64,000 nt of DNA from Mytilus trossulus (taxonomy: Eukaryota), in the NCBI RefSeq assembly GCF_036588685.1, contig NC_086378.1, forward strand, positions 54,560,001 to 54,624,000, in the 5' to 3' direction. The notes beneath the pieces were generated by a model. That model ran no database searches. It saw nothing but the letters and a program-made list of their open reading frames with translations, and had not been told where the DNA came from. Numbering within the stretch: the stretch's first letter is position 1; each line of letters opens with the position of its first letter. This document shows positions 39,439 through 50,797 of this stretch, one piece after another. A program made the translations under genes and the position numbers.

Positions 39439-40292
39439 AACAACTCTGTAATAATAATGATTTAAATTTGTATAATTGAATAAACATTTCCATTCAAACC
39501 ACCAAATAAATAAATATACATGTATGTATTAGATGAAAACCAATCCAGAATAGCTATTTGGACGCAAAAAGTTTTTGTTTATTGTTTATTGCAGTTTGAC
39601 GATAAGTTTCTTTTTTTTTTTTTGCAATTTTGATTTTAATAAATATTTTGTATATTGATATTTGCCAAATATGGATGCCAATGATATGCGAAGATTCTGA
39701 AAATAAATTGTTTTAAAACATGTGAATACCGCTTCTTGTTTCATATTATTTCACAAAAAAATCGTTAATCATTGGTTGATTTGAAGTAATTTCAAGATTT
39801 CGTTTCTAACAATACATTTTCTCCCGGAATACCATGGCAGCTTTCAAGATTGTTGAAAAATTCAATAAATATATATTTATTTCTAGGAAATGCTTTTATC
39901 AACAAGATAAAAAAATCTAGCTAAAAAAATATGGCTAAAAAAATCTAAATTAAGTAGAAGTATTTGAAGTTCCCAGTTTTGTTTACTTTTTTGCAAATTA
40001 AACATAAATATAAAACAGACAGAAATATGACTCATTCGATGTGTTAAAACTTTTGATTTAGCCATTTGATAATATTATACTTTCCGTTTTGAATTTTTCT
40101 TGGAGTTCGGTATTTTTTCTCTTCTAGTTTTACTCGGAATCAATTGATCTTAGATATCTGCTCAGTTAAAAGAGTTATTGGATACACAGTTTAATTTTGT
40201 TCACCTAATAACAAAGCTAAAACAAAAACTAAACAAAAGAAATATGTTTGTACGCAACTATTGTGTGTTTTCCTTTCCTTTTTGTAGAAAAG

Positions 40293-41090
40293 ATGAACAT
40301 CTCAATAACTGACATCGGGCTGATATGGATCCTTTGCATTTATAACTATTGTTCATGCCATGGATATTATGGAGATCATTATTATAGAGGACAGGGACGA
40401 TATTCAAGGCAAAAACCGCAATCATACGGTAGAGATTTAGAAAGTCCATTTAAAACGGAAGCCATAGAACAAAGTCAATTAATCAAAGACTTAAAAGCAC
40501 GTGTTAGCAATTTAGAAAAAGTTATCCGTGATTATAAGGATGGAAACATTGATATTAATATCAAAGGAGGAGGGGGTGGTGGTGGAGGCGGACTCGAACC
40601 AGGAGGAAATGGTGGAAATCTAACGACTCATTTATTTATAAAGAAAATCAAAACGGTTCATACTAAAGATGGAACAAAAGTCATTATAAAGCCTGGTGAT
40701 GGGCGAACATTACGAGCGCTTAAACTAATGATCGAAGGAGGAGGTGGCGGGGGTGGGGGCGGAATAGGAAAAGGCGGCGACGGTGGAAGTATATTTACAA
40801 ACTTGACAATCAAAACATTTAAGACTGTATTTAGAGATGGAATAAATGTCACTACTGCAGAGGGTATAAATCCACTAGAAGGACTCGGTTTGAACATTAA
40901 AGGCGGTGGCGGAGGTGGCGGCGGCGGTACAGGCCCTGGTGGCGATGGCGGTGATTTGATTACATCTATTGTCATAGAGAATGTAAAGGATGTAACTATT
41001 AATGGAACTTGGACAAAGGAAGATAGGAAGGCATGGAAATTAATGAAGAAGTTACGGAGGCAAAAGAATAAACAGAAAGGAAATAAATAG
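40293..41090 (+). CDS. Secreted Gly-rich cationic protein, paralog 5 (265 aa; 3 G9 modules)
   Basis: Acceptor tttgtAG (40286-40287) 5 nt before ATG 40293 (ORF-track start 40248 is intronic); signal peptide; Tyr/His-rich N-terminus; short heptad segment; three modules at 57 and 55 aa spacing; K/R tail. Confidence 0.9.
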   Translation: MNISITDIGLIWILCIYNYCSCHGYYGDHYYRGQGRYSRQKPQSYGRDLESPFKTEAIEQSQLIKDLKARVSNLEKVIRDYKDGNIDINIKGGGGGGGGGLEPGGNGGNLTTHLFIKKIKTVHTKDGTKVIIKPGDGRTLRALKLMIEGGGGGGGGGIGKGGDGGSIFTNLTIKTFKTVFRDGINVTTAEGINPLEGLGLNIKGGGGGGGGGTGPGGDGGDLITSIVIENVKDVTINGTWTKEDRKAWKLMKKLRRQKNKQKGNK

Positions 41091-44000
41091 GACCTGATGA
41101 GTCGTTCATTGATTTTTTTATGTTGGTTCTAATGGTGTGCTATATAATTCACTACTCTCCTTTGTTAAATATATATCTTTGCCCACAATTAAAACATAAG
41201 CATGAAATGGTGTTTATTTTATTTTAAAATTGATTTGCAACTTACATGTTATTAGATTCCAATTGTCCCCGTTATCATTCGTATTTAAAGATTTTTAAAA
41301 TACTTCAGATTTGTTATTTTTTTTCTTTCTTATTGTTATACACCCAGCAACAAATGGAAATATCAATTGACCTCTGTTTGTTCCAAACGGGTTTTTTGTT
41401 CATCTTTGTAATACGAAATGCTCAAACCCAAAGTTTAAAAAGTACGGATATATAATATTAAATGAATGAGAAGCAATACATATTATGATAATAAACTTGA
41501 AATTAGAAGCTGAATCCTTCAATGGTCAGGTTTGACTGTGGGCATTGTAACTATTCAACAGTAAGTGGATGCAAAGCAGCCAACCATAAAAAAAAACAGT
41601 ACTATTGTATGAGAGAGATTTTGCAAAACCTCAGTTCATTTTTTACTCAATATGCCTAATTGAGCAAGGAACTGTGCTTTTTATCCTGAAGTTGGGTTTC
41701 TTTAAACAAATGTACGAAATAAAAAAAACAGATGTCCATTTATAACAAATCCAAAGATGTTCAATCTGTGGGTTTTCATAACTAAAAAATGACAAAATAC
41801 AGAGCATTTAACACAAAGACATTTTGTTATTGTGAAATATAGCTTGAAAAACAATACAAAGAATATGAGGATTTTTTGATAAAAAGAGTTACTGACTTTC
41901 TTTATCTTATTACACAATGGGTATATTTGATATGTTTGGGGATACAGGAACAATCACTATATATTTTTAGATAATGTAGCCTAACAACATTTTGAACCAT
42001 CAACATGCATTCATTAGGATTTTTATTGATATGGCAAATATATTTGACATATATGATAAAAACAAAAGCCAACTCAATATGTGTGGTTATCTTTCCATAC
42101 AAAACCATACACAAAACACAATAAGTACTGTTGTCGTGTGCAGAGAATTACCTTAATCCCATTACTTTGATATATGCAGACTCGTTAAAAAACTATTTTT
42201 CTAATTTTAATACTCAAAAGCAACTTAATTCACCACTAATGTTTCCTGATGATAGGAACGTCCAACTCAATTTGCCGGGTTCGTTAAAGTTTGTCTGCAG
42301 GAAAAAAAAACAAAATAGATTTGAAACCTACGAATATACCGTAACAACACATACTTTCTTCAATACCTAGATGGTTTACCTAGAAGTCTGGACATATATT
42401 GAAATATAATTGATAATCATAAGATACCAAAGAGACAAAACTCATTAAGTCCATTAAGAAAACCAAAAACTCTTTGTGATCGCAGCTGTTCTTGGAGGGT
42501 GAACATATTTTGTTCCATTGCATTAAGCGTCATGTTTCACATAGTAAAACTTATTAAAGATACTAAGCTTATTATTTGCCACACCAAACAAGTGTTTCAT
42601 CTTCATGAAACTTGGCAATGATACTCGAAGATATACAAAGTAAAGGCATAATAAAATACGAAATTTTAGAACATAAAACATGTGTGTATTACAAAAGGCT
42701 AGTGTAATAAATTCATGAGGGTAGAAAACTTTAGTGTTTAATAAGCTAATATCCTGTGTTATCAACAGTAAAAAGTAGGAAAACAAAAATACCGAACTCC
42801 GAGGAAAATTTAAAATATAAAATCAGTTAACAAAAGGCAAAATCGAAAGCTCAAACACATCAATCGGAGTAACAACTGTCATCATATTCCTGACACTTGG
42901 TACACTTCTTATGAAAAAACCTGGTTTCATAGCTAAACCTCTCATTTGTATGACAGTCGCATGAAATTTCATTTTATTGGCAATGATGCGTTAACCAAAC
43001 AAACTGACGTAGCATGTAAAAATGTCAACAAAGACAAATTAGCATAAAACTAACATATCAATGGTCAGTGCAAAATCTCTGATAGTTCTTGTCCGGGGAT
43101 GTTACAATCAAGGCAAAACGGACGAAAAGGTGATAAAGACAAGAGCAAAAGATCACAACATTTTAAACTGCCTCTGGTATGACAAAAAACGAATAAACTA
43201 TGAAAAAACACAGGTGTTTATACAACAGAAAACTAAAACAGAAAACTAAAAACTGAGCAACACTGTTAATACGAAAAACCAATGGTGATCACAGGTGCTC
43301 TGGTCCTGTTCTTCTTTTGACAATTGTCGGGTTGTTCATATTAAATACGTTGAAAAGTTATATTCAAGATATAATTCCTTCATGTCATGCTCTACGCTCG
43401 TTTAAATATGTGCAGGTATAATTCAGTTAAGATTTGATAATCTGAATTTATCTTTTTTTTCTGACAGAATCATGTTCCATTGGTATTCTTTATCATCCTG
43501 TCATAAAAGATATTCTATATGTAAAAAACTAATATTAAAACTATGCAAACTGGTACCAAATGCTGAACAAATCGCACCAAAATATTACAATGCAATGTTA
43601 GAGTCTAGATTAATCCTGTAAAAAATAATGGTATATCTCACAAAACTTTCATTATAACACTTCTTGTCTCATCTAATACTACTATCTCTAAGTCTATGGC
43701 TCGTATGAAGATTTCATCTCCCCCATATTCTCCTTTGTCACATATCATTTAATTACATTTATTGTAAATAAGGGATTTTTTCAACAATGTATTCTTTGCT
43801 GACCGATTGGTGAATTTTTCTACGTGTACATGATGTTTTGGTCTTTTAGGAACCAAAAGCAATTCTTAAATCGCACTTAACAGTTTTACACCTTTTCTTT
43901 CCGATTTTATTATGTTATATTTGTTATTCTCGTGGGATTTTGTTTGATGCTTGGTCCGTTTTTGTGTGTGTTACATTTAAGTGTTGTGTTGTTGTTCTCC

Positions 44001-44291
44001 TCTAATATTTAATGCGTGTCCCTCGGTTTTGGTTTGTTACCCCGATTTTTGTTTTTTGTCCATGGATTCATGAGTTTTGAACAGCGGTATACTACTGTTG
44101 CCTTTATTTATTGGGGGAAACATTCGTCTAATATTTTAACCATAATATAAATCTTTCTAATGAATTATACAACCATCTGATAGATTGCAATAGAATATTG
44201 CGAAAAAAAAATAACATCAGGTCATTGCTCTAAAATAAAGTGCATGAAGTTCCTTTGTTACTTAAAGTTTCAATTTTTCATTTTAATGTAA

Positions 44292-44405
44292 ACAAGGATA
44301 CACATTTGCACATACACTGTATATTTAAAGATATTTATAAGATATAGTGCATTTGTAATAAACATTCTATTGTTCTTCATAGGAAAAACCTAAACAGGTA
44401 GGTTA
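44292..44405 (+). promoter_or_regulatory. Putative core promoter and short non-coding exon 1 of paralog 6
   Basis: ACAAGGATAC (44292), TATAAG (44336), AG|GTAGGT donor (44398). Confidence 0.5.
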
Positions 44406-44938
44406 TACGTCTTTAAAACAATATCAAGATAAATTTGCTAATTAATAAAATTTGACCATGCATAGAAGGAAAATATTATCAACTGTTCTCAAAGATACGT
44501 TATTACAGATAACTGATATTTCTTTTCTGTAAAACCGTCTTCTCTTTTTTTTCCTTTTCGGAATAGTATATGATATAATACATAAAATTGAAAATAATGT
44601 TGGTGTCGTTAATTTTATTAATAAGAATGTGTTTATTTTTTCATCTCTTTACCATACAGAACTCGAATGTTATTGAGATAACTTACAATTGTCATATAGA
44701 ACTGCGAAAATGTGCGGAATAAAGCGCAAATAACGTTAAAAAAAGTATAAAATATTATCAAAACGCGCAAACATGACGCGACGTGATTTGACCTTTTGGT
44801 TGCTTCAATGTGTTTTATCATCAAATAATGTCGCCATTAACATTATACCCAATTTAAGACAGAAATAAAAATAAAAAAATAAAAAAAGTTTTTTTTAAGC
44901 ATTAATTTAGTTCGTTTCTATTTCTTCTTGCAGAAAAA

Positions 44939-45745
44939 ATGAACATCTCAATAATTTACATCAGTGTGATGTTTATCTTTGTTATTTATAACAATTGTTC
45001 AGGACATAGATCATATGCAGAAAACTATCGCCGAAGACACGGAAGACTACCAAGACATAGACCACGATCTAGAACTTTTGGAAGAAGATTAGGAAAGAAA
45101 GCAATACAAAAAAGTCTAGCTCCGAAAGAATTAGAAAGAACTTTAAGCAATACTGATCAGGTAGCACTTTCTAATATTGACAGAAATATCAATATGAATA
45201 TAAAAGGAGGCGGAGGTGGTGGCGGGGGAGGAATCGATCCAGGTGGAAATGGTGGAAATCTTACTACTAACTTGTTTATTAATAAAATCAAGACAATTCA
45301 TACCAGTGACGGAACAATAGTAAAAATAAAGCCTGGTGATGGACGAACATTAGAGGCACTTAAATTGATCATTGATGGGGGAGGTGGCGGGGGAGGAGGG
45401 GGGATAGGAAAAGGCGGTGATGGAGGAAGTTTATTTACAACCTTGACAATCAACAAATTAAAGACTGTTTTCAGAAATGAAGCAAATGCAACTATTGTTG
45501 AAGTTCAAAACCCTCTACGTGGACTCAGTTTGAATATTAATGGCGGTGGTGGAGGTGGAGGTGGGGGACCAGGTCAAGGTGGAGATGGCGGTGATTTGGT
45601 TACAAACATTGTCATAGGAAAAGTTAAGACAGTCACAAAAAATGGTGCTAGAAGAAGAAAAAATAAAAAGGATCGGAAATTAAAAAGGATGTTGAAGAGA
45701 AAAAGGAATAACAAAAACAAGATTAAGCCATTACCTAATTACTAG
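44939..45745 (+). CDS. Secreted Gly-rich cationic protein, paralog 6 (268 aa; 3 G9 modules)
   Basis: Acceptor ttgcAG (44932-44933) 5 nt before ATG; signal peptide; Arg-rich N-terminus; three modules (57/55 aa spacing); K/R tail; AATAAA at 45850. Confidence 0.9.
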   Translation: MNISIIYISVMFIFVIYNNCSGHRSYAENYRRRHGRLPRHRPRSRTFGRRLGKKAIQKSLAPKELERTLSNTDQVALSNIDRNINMNIKGGGGGGGGGIDPGGNGGNLTTNLFINKIKTIHTSDGTIVKIKPGDGRTLEALKLIIDGGGGGGGGGIGKGGDGGSLFTTLTINKLKTVFRNEANATIVEVQNPLRGLSLNINGGGGGGGGGPGQGGDGGDLVTNIVIGKVKTVTKNGARRRKNKKDRKLKRMLKRKRNNKNKIKPLPNY

Positions 45746-48700
45746 TAGTGATGTGACGGAAAATGACAAAATAATGTTATCAAGAGGATTCATCTTTTCC
45801 TAAAAATATCAACAAAGGCTTAAAAATTTTGATGCTAAATTTCAAGCTAAATAAAATATGTACGAATCAAAATTACACAAAAAATAAACCGAAATTTAAC
45901 GACAAAAATACTTCATCATTAATGAATTCAGAACTTGTACTTATATGATCTGTTCTATTCTGAAAACGTATTATTTATATGCCAGCGTTTCTTACTTTAA
46001 ACTAATTTGTCTCAAATTAAGACAACACTTAGCCATACAATTTGTTACTCAACTATTGCAGCAGAAAGTTTCGTTAAAAGAACATATTTCTAATCTATTT
46101 TCATGTTTGCTTATGTTCTTACATTAATTTACAAGTGTGAAACGTTTTATTTGATTTGTATGATATAAAGCGACTGTAACCCCAATTCTTGTTTAAATAC
46201 CATTTGTCTCTGTCATGGTATAGTGATTCTTTGTCGGTTTGTTCTGTGCTGTATATCTTTGCTGTTATTATTTCATAAAGTTAGGTTAAACCGCTTTCAT
46301 ATATACATGTATATCATGTTCGTACACAGATGAAATAGTTTATAAAATTTATTCTATTTGGTTACATATTTGTTTCATAATGAAACGCCTCATTGGAAAC
46401 GACTTAAACTAATAAAATATCTGTAAAATCTTTGTTGTTTGCTTTTTTCATATGAAAAAAACTGTGATTGGTCAATTTCCCTGCAGTACCAGAGTTATTA
46501 TGACCGGTTTTGCACGAAAGAGAGGTATACAACGTTAATAGTTAGTATGTGTAAAGCTCATGTGTGGAATTATACCCTGTATGAATATTTTTATAATTAC
46601 CTAATAGATGTGATAGAATTTAACTGTTATGAGTAATACAACATATTATATTGAAGCCAAAACAAGATCACTTATTTTTAGATCAAGTATTGCTGCCAAA
46701 ATGTTGTTCTCAAAACATAAAGTCAGAAACAAATCATAACTATTTCCAATATAAATTAAGTACTAAAACTTGTTAGAGAAGCCAAAAACATTCCCCCCTA
46801 ACTCAAAATTTAAAACATCGTTTCCTTTACAAAATGGCCATCCAGTTTATGGCCATGGTGTTTACATCTATTTTTGGTAATGATTCCTGTGGATATTTCT
46901 TATTCAGATCATTTCATAAAACGAATTTTAGGAAATTTCCCATCAATAATATGGAATTAAAATATTTGCGCCTGTCCTAAGTCAGAAATCTGATGAACAG
47001 TAGTTGTCGTTTGTTTTTATGTAATTTATACGTGTTTCTCGTTTCTCTTTTTTTTTTTTAAATAGACCGTTGATTTTCCCGTTTGAATGGTTTACACTAG
47101 TAATTTTGGGGCCCTTTATAGCTTTTTGTTTGGTGTGAGCCAAGGATCCGTGTTGAAGGCCGTACATTGACCTTTAATGGTTTACCTTTATAAATTGTTA
47201 TTTGGATGGAGAGTTGTCTCATTGGCACTCATGCCACATCTTTCTATAGCTTTTCATTTATTGTTCTGCTTTCCATTTGTTACTGTCTAGTATAAAAAAC
47301 AAAAGAAGACACGATATGTTAACCAATGAAACAACTTATTTCAATGACAAAATAAATTGTGTTTCAACAAAAAACGAAAAATGTGAAACAGACAATAAAA
47401 AATAAAATCACAAAAATACCGAACTCCTAGGTAAGTTCAAAAAGGAAATATCCAAGTCAAAAGGCAAAATCAAAAGCTCAAAATCATCAAACGAATGGAT
47501 AACATCTGTCATATTCCTGGCTTTGGTCAGGCATGTTCTTATGTAGAAAATAGTGGATTAATCCAACAACTTCTACTGTATTTCAAAATTCTCAATTGGG
47601 ACAGGAACTTAAGGAATGTATACATATGTGTTTAGCGCTGAGTCATGTCCGATCTGGGACATTGTTCAACATATGGAAACTGTCATGTTGACCACTGAAC
47701 ATTCAAATCTGTATTTGAAGTCACTAAAGTCTAGTTCAAAAGTCCATTTTTAAATTATTAATAAATAATGTTTTCATATATAAAAGGTGTCTATGTTTTG
47801 TTTTCTAGCCCTTTTTTCTATTTTCACCTGTCCATTTCAGTTATGTTTAATGAATGAAATGATTATTTGATTTTTGCTCATCTTTCCAACAAGAATCCCC
47901 TTATGACATTGTATCTTCATATTTTATGTGGTAAATTCAAAATTACATCTGTTACTAATTGTTCTCCCTAATTAGTTACTTGTTTCTCCTTTGTATTGCA
48001 GACGTTTTACAACTTACAGATCGGTCCGTTCATAACCTGTACATCAAGTTAATTTAATGACCAGATATTTAGGCAATTTTATATTACCTAGTAATAGTTT
48101 TGTTTACTGCTCCGGTCGGCCTTTAGACCAAAGTCTGGTTAACACGGAAACAATAATTGTATCAAATATTTATACAATGAAACACATGTAGAGCTAAATG
48201 TGGTATGAAGAGTTCTAAACACCATTACAAGTCAAATACAGATATGTCATTAGTTCTCTTGTTGTTTTTATGCATGATTTATCATTTAAAAATAAACAAA
48301 GAGACACCACGTGTTAAAAAATATTTAGTATATAATGATATTCAATTTTTTTTAACAGAAAAAAACAAATAAAAGGTAAGTAATTATACTACATCTCTAT
48401 CTAGTTTCGAATCAATTTCAATTCCGAATATTCTTACAGACATGTCTGCTTTGAATGAATTAGACCAGTCATACAAACATTACCGAAGGCACTCGAATAC
48501 TCGTACACACATTGACGTTTTGTTGATGGAATTGAGCCATTCATTCAGATACCATAATTTTAACCGTGCAAGGTGATATCATTTCTGTTCATTTCGTTTT
48601 ATGTAAATCGGACTCGTATGAGACATGTTAAGAAACAGAGCTTTAGTCATTTATTAACATATCTTCATCGTGAGAATATTCTTAATAGTTTATTTTTAGA

Positions 48701-49459
48701 AATTATAATTTCTGGACAGTATAATTTACAATGATTTGATACATACATTTTAATATATATTCAAAATCCGTTTTTAAAAATATTATTTTCACAACGTTGC
48801 TAGTGATGAGCAATCGAAATTCACGGTTCTAAGTATTTGAAAGTGCTTACAAAGGAAAACGAAGAAAATGTATATTTAAACACTTGACGCATCTATTCTT
48901 ATGTATTCCTAAAGGTAAAAGTGCATAACAGCTGCTGCCAAAAAAGACTCATTTAAAATGTCGTCATTAAGATATTTGAGAAACGGAAAAAAGTCCTAAC
49001 CCCAAAACAAATGATAATTATGTAGTTGTTGATATAATATATACATTGTGTGTTATTAGATTTTAACAAATTTAAACTATATTAAATTGTTATTTTAAGT
49101 CAGATCTGTTAAATTGTTTTAATAATGTCATCATAGTAATATCATATTTGTGCAGTAAAGTTGTCTTGTTTTATCATGCTATCCATTTATCAATCGTGTT
49201 GGTTGCAATTTCAAGGCCAAAAATATTAGGGTGACAGACCACAGATGTTAAGATTAAAACATGTAACCGTCTTTATTATTTAATAATTAGACGCTGCATT
49301 CATATACGAAGGTGTCTGAAAGTGCATTTTATTAGATTTTGTGTGGTCTGAAATCATTAGACACTGGAATATTCGTCCGATCTGTAATTTAATCGCGTTT
49401 GTCATCATAACGATGTTGATATTTAGCAGGATATCCCTTTCTTGCTGACTGACATGTTT

Positions 49460-49800
49460 AGGCTCAACCACTATGTCACTGCCACTACTGTTGGAGTCTG
49501 TATCCCCGAGAGTTATCAACACTTCTGTTTTACATTTAATTTCATTGATAAGATCATAAAAATAAATTAGCTGTTAACAAAACTTTGTTTTTTTTTGACA
49601 TACTGAAGAGTCTTTATCCCAGAAATTGATAATTTCAGCTGTATTTAATAAAACCTATCAGAATCTATGGTCTCAATACTCTTCCACTTCGTACTTTATT
49701 TTGCCTTTTAACATTTTTATTTTAGCGTAATTGGAGAGTATATTATTTACGAACGCATGTCTTACATACAACATATTGAGCCTGGGATCTATGTTTAGTA
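49460..49800 (+). mobile_element. Highly decayed retrozyme-like unit just upstream of paralog 7
   Basis: Patchy similarity to the 59761-60437 unit (gccactactgttgga, ccccgagagttatca, ctcttccacttcgtactt); ribozyme core lost. Confidence 0.45.
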
Positions 49801-49930
49801 TAGTCAAGAGTGCATTCGATTTTCCCAGAATTTAATTTATCTTGTTTTGTATCTTTTTAACCGATAAGTGAGATTTAAACATTGATTAACTTCTGTCGTA
49901 TACGTTGTTTATATTTCTCTTTCAGAAAAG

Positions 49931-50797
49931 ATGAACCTTACAGTTAGTTATGCCGTCGTGTTTTGGTTACTTGTCATTGATGACAATTGTTCAGCAGAGC
50001 TAACAGATGACAATAAAGTTATAGAAACGAGAGAAAAAGACACGGAAAAAGAAGCAAAAGTAAAGTTTCAACCATTGAAAACAGATTTTAAAAATGCTAT
50101 TAGTAATGCTCAAGAGGTCAACCATGATAATAATAAAGGAAATTATAGTTTGAATATTAAAAGGGGTGGTGAGGGCGGGGGTGAAGGAATCAGTCCAGCT
50201 GGAGATGGTGGTAGTATTAGAACTAATTTTGTTATCAAGAAAATAAGGACGATTCATACAAGTGAGGGATCAAAAACACTTATCAAAACAGATGATGGAC
50301 GAAAATTAACTTCACTTAATTTAGTTATTGACGGAGGAGGTGGCGGCGGTGGAGGTGGAGTAGGAAAAGGCGGAGATGGAGGAGGGGTAATAACAAACCT
50401 GTTAATCAGGAAAATTCAGTCTGAGCATAGAAAAGGGTCAAAGGTCACTACTTCCGGATCTGAAAGCCCTCTACATGGAGTGAGTCTTAACATTAAGGGT
50501 GGTGGTGGCGGAGGCGGCGGTGGACCAGGTCCGGGAGGCAAAGGTGGAAACCTTGTTACAAATGTTGTTATAGGGAAACTACAGCAAAGAGATTCTAGAA
50601 ATGGGTCTGTGGAAAGAGCAAATCAGAAGAAAAAGCAAATTGTTAAAGACGCTAGAAATGGTACCGTTGAAAGAGTAGATCATAAGGAAAAGAAAATTGT
50701 AAAGAACGCGAGAAAGAAACTAATGAAAGCAATGAAAAATCAAAAAAAGAAAAGGAAACGGATCGAAAAAGAAGGCAAAAAGACTAGAGAAAAATGA
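49931..50797 (+). CDS. Secreted Gly-rich cationic protein, paralog 7 (288 aa; 3 modules, first one substituted)
   Basis: Acceptor ttcAG (49924-49925) 5 nt before ATG; putative signal peptide; modules at 57/55 aa spacing; long Lys-rich tail with a 19-aa internal duplication. Confidence 0.88.
   Translation: MNLTVSYAVVFWLLVIDDNCSAELTDDNKVIETREKDTEKEAKVKFQPLKTDFKNAISNAQEVNHDNNKGNYSLNIKRGGEGGGEGISPAGDGGSIRTNFVIKKIRTIHTSEGSKTLIKTDDGRKLTSLNLVIDGGGGGGGGGVGKGGDGGGVITNLLIRKIQSEHRKGSKVTTSGSESPLHGVSLNIKGGGGGGGGGPGPGGKGGNLVTNVVIGKLQQRDSRNGSVERANQKKKQIVKDARNGTVERVDHKEKKIVKNARKKLMKAMKNQKKKRKRIEKEGKKTREK

Noticed and set aside
8421-50797. Calling the cluster collagen/preCol, shematrin, KRMP, keratin/loricrin-like or PE-PGRS
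   Set aside because: No long Gly-X-Y runs, no GGY/GY repeats, no Cys/Trp-rich KRMP domain; such hits would reflect only Gly compositional bias.
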